Source: Octopus sinensis
Taxonomy: Eukaryota
Reading direction: 5' to 3'
Assembly: GCF_006345805.1 (NCBI RefSeq)
Contig: NC_043000.1
Coordinates: forward strand, 61,504,001 to 61,568,000
DNA: 64,000 nucleotides
In this document: positions 37,290-51,588 of the stretch, in pieces
Position numbering within the stretch: position 1 is the stretch's first letter
Layout: each line of letters begins with the position of its first letter
The notes under the pieces: model-generated
What the model was told of the DNA's origin: nothing
Databases searched by the model: none
The model's input: only the letters and a program-made list of their open reading frames with translations
Translations under genes and position numbers: made by a program

Positions 37290-37580
37290 TCCAGAGGGTC
37301 TTTGGGATAACGTTACTGGACAGGGTGTGACTATCGGAGATCACATAGTCTTACCATCTGGAGCCTCTACCTTTCTGCATTAAGAGGAGCACCTCTGGTA
37401 TAACGAACAGATATCTAAAATGTCGGGGGAAAGAATTGCAAGGCAGATTCTTCAGGTCAAGCCATTCAGTAGTAGATCTAGAAATGAACAAAAAACGAGA
37501 TGGCTGGAAAATATCGTTTGGGAATCTAACAGAAAAGTTTCATGGCAATTGTTTCAGATAGGACCAAATAGAGGAGTGCC
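37290..37580 (+). mobile_element. RTE-clade LINE C-terminal relic
   Basis: MSGERIARQILQVKPFSSRSRNEQKTRWLENI resembles RM..ER...QIL...P.G.R.RGRP.TRW.D.I. Confidence 0.6.
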
Positions 37581-37989
37581 TATGGACTCTATTTCTACTC
37601 ATATAATATACTTTTCGGATATATCAGGTTGAGTAAAATGTAAGCAACATTTTGAACCATGAAGAAATTGTACCGGATTTTTGGAGAGTTTTGAATATTT
37701 TCTAAACATTGTTTTGAAATTGTCTGATAATACAGACATAGACTTGCCCAAATGCATCAAAAATTTAACAGTGATATTTTTTTACCCTTGTTACAATCAT
37801 CTGACGAGTTAATCATTGTTTGATCCCTGTTAGACGTAAGTCCCATCGTCATTAATTGTTGAAGGTCTCCCGCAAAGGTGAACCTATTGTTTAACCTCAC
37901 TGTTGAATTTTTGAATTGTTAGTTGCTGTTTTTTTTTGCTGTGTTTATATAATTATTTTCTTCCCCATCTATGGGTGAAGTAGTAAAAA

Positions 37990-38752
37990 AAGGAAGGATG
38001 GAAAGCGAACCAGTCCCAGCCGGCAGCTATGCTGCAGCAACTGGAAAGCCAGGTAGTAAGGGAACTCTAGAAATTTAAAATGATTTTAAGGAGAGTAACT
38101 AGATTGGTGACGTAAAAAGAGAGAGTGAAGAGGAACAGGAATATTGTATATTGCAGATATACTATAGGTTCGATAGGTGAAGATGGAGAAAAAGAAGCTA
38201 AGGGAATTTAACAGACTGATTGAAAAGGAGGGAACCAGTTTAAGTTTGACCCCGCCACAAGAATTGACAGCGAGCGTAACTAAGAGGACAGTAGTATATT
38301 GAACGCTGTCCACGGCAACGAAAAGAATTGAAATAGCTAATGTGGAAGTCATAGAAGAGTGTTTGAAGGAGGTAAAAAAAACCTCACATTCTATACCAGA
38401 AGAAAAAATACGGCACAGTGGAGGTTAGGTTCGCTAGCGAGCAAGAAGCGATAAATCCCTCCACTGTGGCGCTAAGAACTCCAGAGTGGGTACTTCTACC
38501 TACTTACTGTGGCAGACAAATGGCCAGGGTAAGAATAGGCAGAGTATTCCCTGAGATTGAGGAGGCGTGGCTGGTACAACATGGAAGAGGAGGCGAAATT
38601 TTTAAAAGTAACGAGAAAGAAAGAGGTAAACTGCTGGGGTTACGGCCTCGAGCTGGGGATCCAGGTAACTTTGCAAGACTTGCACAAAACAAGGAAGGAG
38701 GTGATTCTACCGGAGGAAGTAAAACTAAGAGTAGTGGTGGAGGGAAGACGCT
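37990..38752 (+). mobile_element. LINE ORF1 (gag-like, L1/Tx1-type) relic
   Basis: GTVEVRFASEQEA...LLPTYCGRQMARVRIGRVFPEIEEAWL and (shifted) LPEEVKLRVVVEGRR, cut off by a mariner fragment. Confidence 0.55.
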
Positions 38753-39090
38753 CCAGAATTTGAGGGAACTTGGCTACGAAGTTCTTCCCCACACAGATCG
38801 TTCCCCAGACCTTTCTCCTATCGACTATCACTTTTCCAAGCACCTTGACGGTTTCCTGCGAGAGATGCAGTTAAAAAAATCAAATCGATGATGAAAGTCC
38901 ATTCAAAGAGTTCATCAGCTTCAGAACTCCAGAATTTTATGTTACTGGAATAAACAAACTTGTAACTCGTTGGCAAAAATGTGTTGGTTGTAATGATACT
39001 TACTTAGATGAATAACATTTCTGCATTGTTGTAATATATTGTGATGAATTTCATGTTTCAAAACATTTCTTACTTTTTACTCTGCCAGAT
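38750..39090 (+). mobile_element. Mariner (DD34D-type) transposase 3' fragment
   Basis: LRELGYEVLPH..RSPDLSPIDYH.SKHLD.FL...EFISFRTPEFY.TGINKLV.RWQKCV..N..Y.DE*, followed by a TIR-like tail. Confidence 0.9.
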
Positions 39091-39839
39091 AGAATTAATA
39101 TTTTAGTGGCATTGTGTCATTTTCTACTAAATTATGCTGCTGGCAGGGAGAAATTGAGTGCTATTAAATTTTGGCAATCAACTGCGTGATTAGCTGGCCC
39201 ATATGCGTCTATATAATTCCACACTCACCGGTTACAAATATATATGCCTGTCTGAATAAGAGAACATCTTTCATGAGAGGTGGTAACAAATAGTTTGAAT
39301 GTTAAGTGGTTTGGTTCAAAAATTTGAAATTACATGTGTATCTGAGTGTTTGAAATTAATGTTGGATAAGCTTCCGCTCACATCTATAAGTTTTTGTTTT
39401 ACATTAAAATGTTCATGAGTCGCCATTTTCAGATAGACATTCTATATGTTGAAAAGAAGTACTGGTTCAAGCCATGAGAAAGTCTAGTTCAGAGCAGATA
39501 ACACTGGAACCAAAACTTAAAAATAACCATCAGCCTCACTTGTTGCTTCACTCGTAAATCCCGTGTCAAGACAACTAAGTACACTGCACCATCTAGAGAA
39601 TCGATTGTTTTTGCAGGCGGTGGTATAAAAGTGATCATGACAGAGTACGAATAGTTAATAACAATCAGATATATTGATCTTCGCAGGTTGATTTTCCGAA
39701 ACACCATTCCACAGATAGTTAACCCATGTACATATAAACAATGAGACATTACATTCGGTGTGTCGCATACATAACAAATGTCTATCGTTAGAACTTAATT
39801 TGTATATTATTTCCCGCTGTGTGACAGTGTGTATAAATG

Positions 39840-39921
<82 letters not shown>

Positions 39922-39924
39922 TAT

Positions 39925-40233
39925 GGAGGCGCAATGGCCCAGTGGTTAGAGCAGCGGACTCGCGGTCGTAGGATCGCGGTTTCAATTCCCAGACGAGGCG
40001 TTGTGAGTGTTTATTGAGCGAAAACACCTATAGCTCCACGAGGCTCCGGCAGGGGATGGTGGCAATCCCTGCTGTACTCTTTCGCTACGACTTTCTCTCA
40101 CACTTTCTTCTGTTGGCCTGCTCGCTTAGCCAGCGGGGTGGCGTCATTTGAAGGCTAAAACAATGCGAAGCGCATTGTGACCAGCGATATGTAGCAACAT
40201 CTGATAGTCTTGTCGGTCACGTGATCACGTGAT
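39925..40233 (+). mobile_element. tRNA(Arg-like)-derived SINE, family D, near full length
   Basis: A box tggcccagtgg, anticodon-like ggactcgcggtc, B-box-like ggtttcaattcc, tail gtcacgtgatcacgtgata. Confidence 0.85.
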
Positions 40234-41037
40234 ATATAGATATAGATATATATGTATAGGATTCGAAAAATGATTAACAGAATTATAATAATTGGATTGC
40301 TTTTAGATCCTGTATATTAAATGGAGGTTTTCGCATAACCATCTTTTGTTTTACCCTAGAAATATTTTACCCTGGGATTTATAGCTTAATATTCTGTTTA
40401 ATATAGTAGAATATATTTAAAAGATATTTAGATCCATCAAACATTAAAGAGTCTATTTAGTATTAGGTATTTGTACATTTTGTTAGCCCAACGTTTAAAG
40501 TGATGGATCTATCCAAAATAAGTAAAGGCTTTCCTCTCAATTCCACAATACTGGTTTCTTTACCTAATGCATTCCCAGATGGTACTCTATGCTTACTTTT
40601 GGATCATGCATCTAATTTATCTGATATAAAAAAGAAACTGATATATATATAGGGTCAAACATAGTGGTGGGGAGGTGTAAGTAGTTTGAAATATTGATGA
40701 ATAAGATTAGAGTATACATATATTTTTATATAGCAAAAAAAAAATGTTGAACTGCACACATAGGTACGCAGATGCAGTAACGCACATAAACACACACACA
40801 TGTATATATGCACGTGTATGTGTCTATATGCGTGTCCGCATTTTTCCCCTTCTACCATAAACTCGCAAGAAGTTTGATCAAAAACATCAAAAGTGTTCAC
40901 TAAGGTTCAATTTAAACGAAAACTAAATTATCTGTGCAATGCGGCAGAAGATCAATAATTTTGATCGAGTATTAGAAGTTATAGTTAGAAAAAGTAGAAT
41001 GTTTTTGTTATTTGGCAGTGTAGTGGCAGAGTAGTCA

Positions 41038-41200
<163 letters not shown>

Positions 41201-42571
41201 TGTATAGATCGATTATAAACGTCTTGGCAATATTTTCCTGTGTTCCACAAAACAACAAATCACAACATTTGATATCCAATTTAAGAATTTATTTTTTCGT
41301 TTAAACAAAAATTATATCAAGCAAAAGAAGTAAATATAAAAAAAAACCGTTTGTGATTAGACTTTAGAGATTCAAATTTCTTTATGCCTAACAAAAAGTA
41401 TAACGGAAGTATATTGTTATGGTTGTTGGTAATATTGATTTTTCATTGTTGTTGTATTTCATTTCTCAATAATTGAACAAATATGATATGTTTTTACTTA
41501 AAAATATATCGAAGTGTGCAATTTCAGATAAGGAGATTAGGTCAGTGAAACTGGTAGATATATTTTTTTGTTACTTATTCCGCATTATGCATGTTAGATC
41601 ATAACAAAGACAGCTGCGTATGACTGGTGAGAAAGTAATCAATGAGACAGATACAAATATTTTTCCTTATCAAGAGTGCATTTGATTTCTCACAGGACAC
41701 AGGAGCTAAAACTTTAGGCATATAGTATTCAAGATTATTATCATAGGAAATAACAAAAATTGCTTTAGTTGATCACAAAGAAATGTGTGCTGCTGATAGC
41801 ATTAACTAAAATATAATACGGTTTATATAAATATATTCTTGAAGAATGAGTAACAAAATTGTGCGTGATGAGCTTAAAATGTGAAAACTAAACATTTTAG
41901 AAATAACCAGCGATTTATCTTTCCCTCTCCGAATTAAAACTAGTATGTTAAATATGATATTACATAACTATATTTCATTCAAAACTGCTTAGAACAGTTT
42001 GAATAACTTTTCACTCACTAGCAAATTTAATATTTGCTGTTAGAAGAGTAACAGCTCTTATCGTCCATGAACGACACTTTCGCATTCCTAGCTGATGAAA
42101 CCTAACGATGCAGAAACACAGGCATCTTACGGTCCGGTGATATTTTCGTGTTCTGCTTGTGCGTTTAGAAACAAATTATCTACAAGGGGTCTTTCATATC
42201 TCGACTTTCTGCAGCAAATCGTCTGAGTGAACATGAACATGTTATCTATGAATGAACATAACTATAGATGTATCTGTGTGTGTGTGGGCATGTATGAATA
42301 ATTGTTAGTATATGTGTGTGTGTGTGTATGAATGATTGTGTAATCTTTCCGTTCCAAATATAGTCACAGCAGCCAATATGATCACCTGGATAGAGGGCCT
42401 TCAACATGACCAGTGTCCAACGCCTTCAACATATCAAAAATATATAATAACGTACACCATCACACACGCACACACACAAACACACACACGCACACACACA
42501 ATAACATGTCAATTTATTTGTCTATCTATACTCCCATATATTGAAATTCATATATCTCATATGTATATATG

Positions 42572-42695
42572 TGGAGGGGCGTCGCTTAGTGGTTAGGGTG
42601 TTGTACACATAATCGTAAGATTGTGGTTTCGATTCCTGAAATGGGCGCCGCGTTGTGTTCTTGAGCAAAAGCCTTCATTTCACGTTCTTCCACTT
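42572..42695 (+). mobile_element. SINE family C-like 5' fragment
   Basis: tRNA-like head plus gttgtgttcttgagcaaaagccttcatttcacgtt. Confidence 0.7.
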
Positions 42696-42796
42696 AGCAA
42701 TATGTATGTGTATATATGTATATATGTATGTATGTATGTATGCATGTATGTATGTATGTATGTATGTATGTATGTATACATACATACATACATACA

Positions 42797-42832
<36 letters not shown>

Positions 42833-43047
42833 TATTATATATATATATATATATGCCTTACATGTATACGTTTTTAATTATTATATTATTGTCTACACGC
42901 TTGGGACAGACAGTAGTCATCATGATACAAACGACTCTAAGGGCGTAGTCAATTTTATAGATCACCACTACCACACACATACATTGATACATTTATATAT
43001 ACATATTTATATGCAAACAAACGAACATTCACACACACACACACATT

Positions 43048-43200
<153 letters not shown>

Positions 43201-43274
43201 ATGAACATTCAGCGGCTTCTGTTCCGGCTCTTTACATACTTGCAATTTCTCCTTTCCTTTTAATTAATGATTTC

Positions 43275-43372
43275 GAGGCCCGATAAAGTAAGTACCAGCT
43301 GAGTACTGTGGTTAATGGAATCGTCTATCCATTTTCCCCAAATCTCAGGCCTTGTGCCTATTGTAGAAAGGA
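43275..43372 (+). mobile_element. SINE family A 3' end
   Basis: gataaagtaagtaccag...ccccaaatctcaggccttgtgccta.tgtagaaagg matches 6820-6910. Confidence 0.75.
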
Positions 43373-43435
43373 TTATTATTATTATTATTGTTATTATTAT
43401 TATTATTATTTTATTATTATTATTATTATTATTAC

Positions 43436-43449
<14 letters not shown>

Positions 43450-43472
<23 letters not shown>

Positions 43473-44160
43473 TAGTTTTATTTTTATAACGTGCTTTCAC
43501 TTCACTACTGAGCGCAGCTCTGTGTGCCTTGGGTATGTGTTGTGATTTGTTGTGGTGCTCTGATGGTTACTGTATTGAAAATGTTTTGCGTAGGATGTGT
43601 GCAGTGCCTAGTAGTGCAATTTTCTGTATGTTATATGTGTTTGTAAGCCCTGGTGTTTTTGTTATGTATTTGTCTGAATATTTTGTATCATACCTAATGC
43701 TCCTACTATGATAGGGATTGTTTCTGTTTTTAGATTCCACATTCGAGTTAGCTCTATTTCCAGGTTTTTGTATTTTGAAAGTTTCTCCATTTCTTTTAGA
43801 GACACGTTGTCATCTGCTGGTATTGATACATCGATTAGAAAGCATTTTCTTCTTCATGATCTCTGGTAACTATATCTGGCCTGTTGGCCTTAATTTCTCT
43901 ATCTGTGTATATTGACATATCCCAGAGTATGGTTGCTTTCTCATTTTCTGTGACCTTTTCTGGTGTGTACTTATACCATCTTTTTTCTGTTGTTATTCCA
44001 TAATGTTGGCATAGCTTCCAGTGTATGTAGGTCCCAACTCTGTCGTGTCTGTCAATATATTTCTTAGCCAGGACTGGGGAGTCAGAGATAATATGATTTA
44101 TTGTTTCTTGTCCATCTCCACATATTCTACAGTTACTTGTTATGCTTCTTTTCATTATAT
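43450..44160 (-). mobile_element. R4/Dong-like non-LTR retrotransposon 3' end (zinc knuckle + RLE + 3' UTR)
   Basis: SNCRICGDGQETINHII...YIDRHDRVGTYIHW...ILWDM.I.TDREIKANRPDIV...KLSKYKNLEIEL.RMWNLKT.TIPIIVGALG; (TAA)n on both sides. Confidence 0.92.
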
Positions 44161-44162
44161 GT

Positions 44163-44217
<55 letters not shown>

Positions 44218-44384
44218 TATTATTATTATTATAAGATTATGAAGGTATTATATATATAGTACCTTCATCGACCACTACACAGGTCGATGGAAAGAATATT
44301 AATAACAGGTATTTGCATGCGTATGCATTCATTCAGTAAGTATATTCATTCATGCATGTAAATACATGTATTGAATATATATAT

Positions 44385-44426
<42 letters not shown>

Positions 44427-44487
44427 TAAAAACGGTAAGATAACAAAAGAAAGAAAGAGACCTCAATATTATGTAAATAGAGGAAAT

Positions 44488-44606
<119 letters not shown>

Positions 44607-45370
44607 TATGTATGTATGTGTGTATATGTGTGTGTGTGATATTGATCCCTTTTATCCGACACGTCTGGCAGCGATTCAAGCAGGTGTTTATATACTTAAA
44701 TTTAATACTTTTGATAACATCTACTAACCAGTAAGATTGAAAGTACACCCATGGATCAAATCTCTATACACGAAGCAGATAATACCATACAAGCTGGAAA
44801 AGGTCTCGGAAAGTCTTCTCTGACTGATGACCGGAGATCAAGAAAGTTGCACGGCAGTCTCGTAACAAAACGTCATATGAACCCTCCTTATCGGCAAGTA
44901 TACACGTCAATGATGGCAGAGTGCTTTAATATTTTGGGCGAACAAATATTATACTACCTTTTTGGACCAACAAATAGTATGTCAACTCTTACATTGAATT
45001 ATATAGTAAACGTGAAATTAATATAGAAAATATAGCCCACATCATAAGCAGTTGTCATAGTGTATCATCACTGCATTCTCTACCGATGAAGCAGATTTTA
45101 ATCAGTTCGTGTAGGGATGTTTTATATACTTATCTAATAAATGACAGCTGTAAAGATAGCATACTAACTGATATAAAAGAATATTTGTGTCATATTCATG
45201 CCAAAACCTCTATAAGACGTTCATATAAACCATTAGGTTTGATCTGCGTGGAAAGAATGTGTGCACACAGCTTCGAACCTGCGAATATGAACACATCCCT
45301 AAGTAGTAAATCAAACTCACAAATACCGAAACATGCTTACTTTCTACATATATACTAGTGTACGTGTGCA

Positions 45371-45460
<90 letters not shown>

Positions 45461-46085
45461 CAAGTAATGTTAATTATTAAATTTTTCATTTTTTTCTATG
45501 TTAGGAAATGTATTAGGACATAAAATGTAAAAGCCGGACTAGACTATTTTATGCGCAACTCCATTGTCTCCCGAGACAAAAAGGATGCCAACCAATATAT
45601 ATATATGAAATAATATTAAGATTCAGTTGAATTAGGTACTTAAATTGAAGCACCTTGCCAGTTCAGTATAGTCCGCACAGCTCCAAGTTAGGTGAACAGA
45701 ATGTAAATCATTAACAAGGATGTACAGGTGTCAATATATCACGGGCGTTTCAAAGGGCTCCGTTTAATTCATCAATGGAAATATTACATCAATTTGAAAG
45801 AAACCGCTCTCTTCAGATGCAGATGACCATATAGATTCCAAACATAAAGGATAAACCATTTTAAACAAATTTACATCAATAAAAGAAAGCATAATAACTA
45901 CATTGTATATTTGTGAAAATTGGTTTATAATTTATGTTTAACATCTATATGGTCACCAGCACTGAAGAGATCCGTTTGTTTCAAACTGATGGTATGCTTT
46001 CATTGACCAATTAAATGGGTCCGCTTGAAACGGTCGGAATGTATTGACACACGTACATACTTGTTACTTATTTAAATATGTATAC

Positions 46086-46117
<32 letters not shown>

Positions 46118-46174
46118 CTGTACAACCATTTACATAGTTACACACACACACACACACCACACACACTCTCACAT

Positions 46175-46206
<32 letters not shown>

Positions 46207-46330
46207 ATATATAAAGATGAGTGTATTTTTCCTTTGTTAACAATTAACAATATTTAATAGCGTTCAGTAAATCACTATACATATCCATTATTTTCTGTTA
46301 AGATGTCTTATTGATGAGTTTCATTTCTTC

Positions 46331-46418
46331 ACTTCCCTGATGAGAAGATTACATTGTTTTACACCATTTATTCCTTTGGAATAATATCAGTGAAATCTTC
46401 GAAACATGTGTCGGAAGT
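46331..46418 (+). ncRNA. Type I hammerhead ribozyme with extended stem II
   Basis: ACTTCC-CTGATGA-GAAGATT-[43 nt]-AATCTTC-GAAA-c(atgt)g-TC-GGAAGT. Canonical core, 6 bp stem I, 7 bp stem II, GUC triplet. Confidence 0.85.
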
Positions 46419-47632
46419 AAAAGTATTTGAATTATACCTGCGATAAACTCCATTTATTTATATAGTTGAAGGAAATAGCATAGCAAAATACATTGAGCTG
46501 ACAGACTGGTTAAAAAGGCTGAGTATAAGAGAAATTCATTGCGCACATACACACACACGCCCAAATACACACGCGTGCGCACCCACACATATACGCATAC
46601 ATATATGTATACATATCTATAACCTGTTTACCAATATTACGCGAAATTGCAGAAACAATGAAACAACATATGCGCCGGCTTTCATCCGTTTCAATGCAAA
46701 CAATTGTAGTGAAAAAAGAAAAGAAGAAAGCGAAATCGAAGAATGTAATAACTAAATGAATAAATAATTTCCTTTTCTAGGACAGTTTCTACTGCAACAA
46801 TAAATATTTGATATCACACCATCCGTAAAGAAAAACATTTCATAATGCAAATATTGAACAAAAATCTATGATCTTTATAATATCAACAATATTATGACTA
46901 GAGAGTTGCACATGATTCTTTAAAATATCAAAAAAGAACGGAGCAAATTCAATAAGATATATTAAAAAATTGTAGAAGACAAATATAAGAATCATTCAAA
47001 TGAATGGTTTTTCGAGGCTTGAGAGTTGGTTGGTGGTTCTTTCTGAAAGACTTTTATTTTGTGGTTGAATTCCAATCAGTTATGTTGAAGACTGTAAATC
47101 CAGGCAAGAATGAGTTTTGTTGGTCCTTTGGCAGATAAGAAAGAAAACAAAAGAAACAAACAAACGAATAAGAAAAAGCGATAAAAGGAGGCTAAGTGTG
47201 AGAGAGAGTTGTGTATGAGAGACAGTTAGTCTCAACATTGTAAAGAGAAACTAAACAATGGTATCCATTATATTGATTGGTCTTATTGTCAAAACGGCTT
47301 CCCCGATTTCTATACCGGTCTTATCAGCTGTGTCAATACAAAGACAGAAAAAGGGAAAATGATAAAGAAAAAGTGGGCAGAAGAAAAATTGTATCAAAAT
47401 GCGAATGTTTACCAAACACACTTTCCGTGTGAGCGTCTTAATTGAATTTTTCTCGAAAATCGTTTATTCTTTCTTTTTTTTTCCTGGAAATATTGTGCTT
47501 ATTGTGAGCAATTAAAAACAGAATCATAAATATTTGGATTGTTTAGATTTCTCACTGAATTAATGAGAGTAGTATAGTGAAATAAAAATAATTCTAAAAC
47601 CCATGAGTGAAGGATCAACAAAATGTTATGTA

Positions 47633-47695
<63 letters not shown>

Positions 47696-48674
47696 GCATA
47701 CACACACACACACATATATATGTATATGTGTGTGTATGTACATTTATATTAACATTATCGCTCTACAAAGAAATTTCACACAAAACTTTGGGTTGAAACT
47801 CGATAAATAACATAGGTGATAACTTTAATTGACTGTTCGATGTGAAAATACAATAGAGTTAAGAAAATAAGGTGAAATGCTATTTATAAGTCGAAAGATG
47901 AACGTTTAAAGAAAGGTTGGAAAAAGGAATATATGAAGTTAACTTACATTCAGGTCACTGTCTCGTGCATTCTGTGAAAGAAATATATAGAATATGTAAG
48001 AAGAAGCTAAATTTTGGTAAATAGGCGAATAAAATAGTAATGAAACAATGGCAGTAATTAAAGGAATGAAACATTAGCGAGAGCAAATTAAATTCTATAC
48101 ATATCTGAAATAGACGAAAATTTTATAATTTAGATGTTATCGAACACCAAAAGAATTTCATTTATCGCTCTGGAAACTTTTAGCTCACTACACTTCTTCA
48201 TGATGCACTGAGTGGAACAACACTTTTTTCAGTTAGCAGCTTCGCGTGAAAGTGTTTAATTAAATTTGATGCATGACATGGATATTTAATATAAAACCGT
48301 TTTAGAATAAAAACTAAGAGTTTATAATAAAACAGTTTGGTATTAAAATATGCTCCTGTTATTGCATTTTGTCTATGTGCATGTGTCAGTTATGTTCGTT
48401 ATAATAACGCAAATTTGTGGATACATTCAGAGCCTGGGAAAGGCTGTTGTAACCCATAATAGGCTTTAGTCAATTCTTGGATATTAATGCTCTGATTTCT
48501 TTGTACGGCCAATGGAGTTTTCTTTTTTCAAGGATTAATCAACATAATGTTAGTGTGTGAAGTCAAGTGAAATGTATTTTATTTGCTTCATCTGTTACAG
48601 GATCTAGCAACTTTTTTTTATCTTTCATACATATAATATTTTTCTCTCTCTCTAATTCTCTCTCTCTCTCTAGT

Positions 48675-48708
<34 letters not shown>

Positions 48709-48730
48709 TTATATATATATATATATATAG

Positions 48731-48762
<32 letters not shown>

Positions 48763-48843
48763 ATATGTATATATATATATATATATCTGCAATATATGTG
48801 ACAATTATTCGGTTGCCATAATAAAACTCCGAGCTATATATAC

Positions 48844-48912
<69 letters not shown>

Positions 48913-49401
48913 TATATATATATAGATATATATATATATATGTATAGATAGATAGATATAGATATATAGTCAAATCGAGTATGTAATATCTCTCTTAGGG
49001 ATTATAAAATCCAGAGATCCACTGGTATTATCGCTGATATATAGGGAGAATTTTCTCTATATTTACGGATAAGCAGTTTAATTTGCACTTTATATTGATC
49101 TAAGAAAATAAAGAGTTAATTATGGATGCTTATTTTATTTGTACCACGTTAAGCACAATAAAATATAGCAAATAAGTGAATACAAATAAAAGTTAAAGGA
49201 ACATATAATTATAAATATTAAATAACTATGAAAAGGCCTACACATGTTTCAATCTAGTTGATAGGCAACCAGTACTCCAGATCTGCAGGTTTCGAACCAT
49301 GTTAAGAGTTGTAGATTTTAAATATAACCTAATTGGACCACTTCTCAGGGCTGTATATTGAAGAAAGCTTATGTTTACATATTTTCCTGAGGAATTCTAA
49401 C

Positions 49402-49443
<42 letters not shown>

Positions 49444-49729
49444 CAAGTTATTTTATTCTACATGGATAGAAATGTCGGAGAATATTAGTTGAAAATGCAC
49501 TGACAATATTTAAAATATATTTTATTAATATCTTTAAAGCTTTAAATGGTTTCACACTTTACACTGATTTTCAAAAAGTTCAAATAGAAAGACATGGCTT
49601 ATGTCGCAGCTGTCTTGCTTCTGACTAGTCTTTGAAGCTTGCCCTTTTTGTAGGGAGTTCATGGCTTGAATTAGTATAGGTCTTGAACAGAATTTAATTG
49701 TAGAGGATATATATGCAGGATCCTCGCTT

Positions 49730-49870
49730 TGAAGGTTTTTATTCGAACAAATCGACCTATGGACTTACTTTTTAATGCTTATAGTTATTCTATCTTACTA
49801 TTTTGTGCGGAACCAAACGGTCATGAGGGTACAAACACAAACACAGAGACATGCACATAGATATATACAT

Positions 49871-49935
<65 letters not shown>

Positions 49936-50130
49936 CATGCACACACAAACACACACGCACACATATATATACGGCGGGCTTCTTTCGGTTTCCATCTACC
50001 AAATAAACACACAATGCTTTGATTAGTTCGAGGCTATAGTAGAAGACATTTGTTCAAGGTGCTCCACAGTGGGACTGAACCCGGAACCTTGTGGTTGTGA
50101 TGCAAGCTTCTTATCACACAGCCACGCATA
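49730..50130 (-). mobile_element. SINE family B, diverged, with internal (CA)n/(TA)n
   Basis: caaatcgacc...ttattctatc...gggcttctttcggtttcc.tctaccaaat...gaggctatagtagaagaca...gggactgaacccggaacc. Confidence 0.85.
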
Positions 50131-50269
50131 AGCCTATATATTTTTGTAAACAAGTGTAGAAGCACCGAGTGATTTGGTATGTTACAAAAAATAAAGTAAA
50201 TATCGAACGCAGAATAGCTGTGAAAACAACTGAGAAGATCGATTACATACCCCTAGAAGACAGGAAAAT

Positions 50270-50355
50270 GTGGCCAGCAAGCAGCTACAGAGAATTGAAC
50301 CCTGTATCTCTCAAATTTCAGCTACACGCTCAGTACCAATAAGCTAAGTCACCCC
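50270..50355 (-). other. Degenerate tRNA-like / SINE head
   Basis: Minus strand: tagcttattggta...gagcg...gggttcaattc (A-box-like and B-box-like motifs). Confidence 0.45.
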
Positions 50356-51080
50356 TGACGTAAATACATACATACATACGTACATACACATACACAAACG
50401 CACGCACACACACACACACATACACACACATACACACACACACAGGCACACACATTTTACGTGAAGAATACTTTAAGAACAAATGACTGTGATATGTAAT
50501 ATCATATATATTTATATGTAAGTGCGTGTGAAATAGTGAAAGTAAAATTTGCACAACGACTTGAGTAAAATCTCTCAGTGCAGTTCGCCTAAGTTTGAGT
50601 ATCGCTGTCACTCACCTCCACTCAGGTTGTTGTTTTAATTTCCCTCTTCCAGAGTAAACGATGTAAACGCATTGTATTTTAATATGTGTGAGAGAAGATT
50701 AATTAAGCATTAAAAAAAAAACCCAATGAACTTTCGAATACAAAAGACAAACAAAACAACTAAGTAGAGATGATGTCACAGCAAGGAAGTACAAACACTG
50801 TTGGATAACTTAGAAATATATTTCATTAAGCGTTCTGAGACAAACATATATATATAAAAACAGAACGAATCCAGAATAAGTTAGAAAGTATAAACCTTAT
50901 AAATTGGAATAAACCCAATAACTTCAAACGTTATTTACAAAAGAGAATACTCACACACACTCACATCACAGAGGGAGGGAGAGAGAGAGATACACATACG
51001 CACACATAGATACACATATACACGCAAATGCGTATATGTGCATATATATACATGCACAAAGACACAAGGCGTATTATATA

Positions 51081-51122
<42 letters not shown>

Positions 51123-51514
51123 ATATATTATATATAATATATATATATATAAAATATTATTAGAGACAAAACCACTATTTTGCAAAACAACAAGGAAAGA
51201 CTTAATCAATACATAAGATTTTAATAAATAGTCAAAAAATATAGGTGAGAGAGTTGGTGTGTGAAGGCAAGGAAGTGTGGTTGGATGTATAAAAAACAAA
51301 AATGAGTGGAAAAAACTACAGAAGGCTTGTGTTATAACGTTAAAGAATATATTTAAGTCGATATGTTAGAAAAATGTTATAAAATTTTGTGAATAGTAAC
51401 AAAAACTATGTTACTATATACAAATTTTATATTATTTTTCTAACATAACGACTTAAATATATCCTTAACCTTATAACACAAGCCTTCTGTAGTTGTTTCA
51501 CTATTTTATATATA

Positions 51515-51588
<74 letters not shown>

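Noticed and set aside
42085-42130. CTGATGA...GAAA hammerhead-like spacing
   Set aside because: No stem II or stem I pairing and no NUH triplet in register.
44820-44860. CTGATGA...GAAA hammerhead-like spacing
   Set aside because: The flanking helices cannot be formed.
45955-46045. CTGAAGA...GAAACGGTC hammerhead-like motif
   Set aside because: It has a GUC triplet and a partial stem II, but stem I does not pair and extra bases separate stem II from GAAA. At best an unrecoverable relic.
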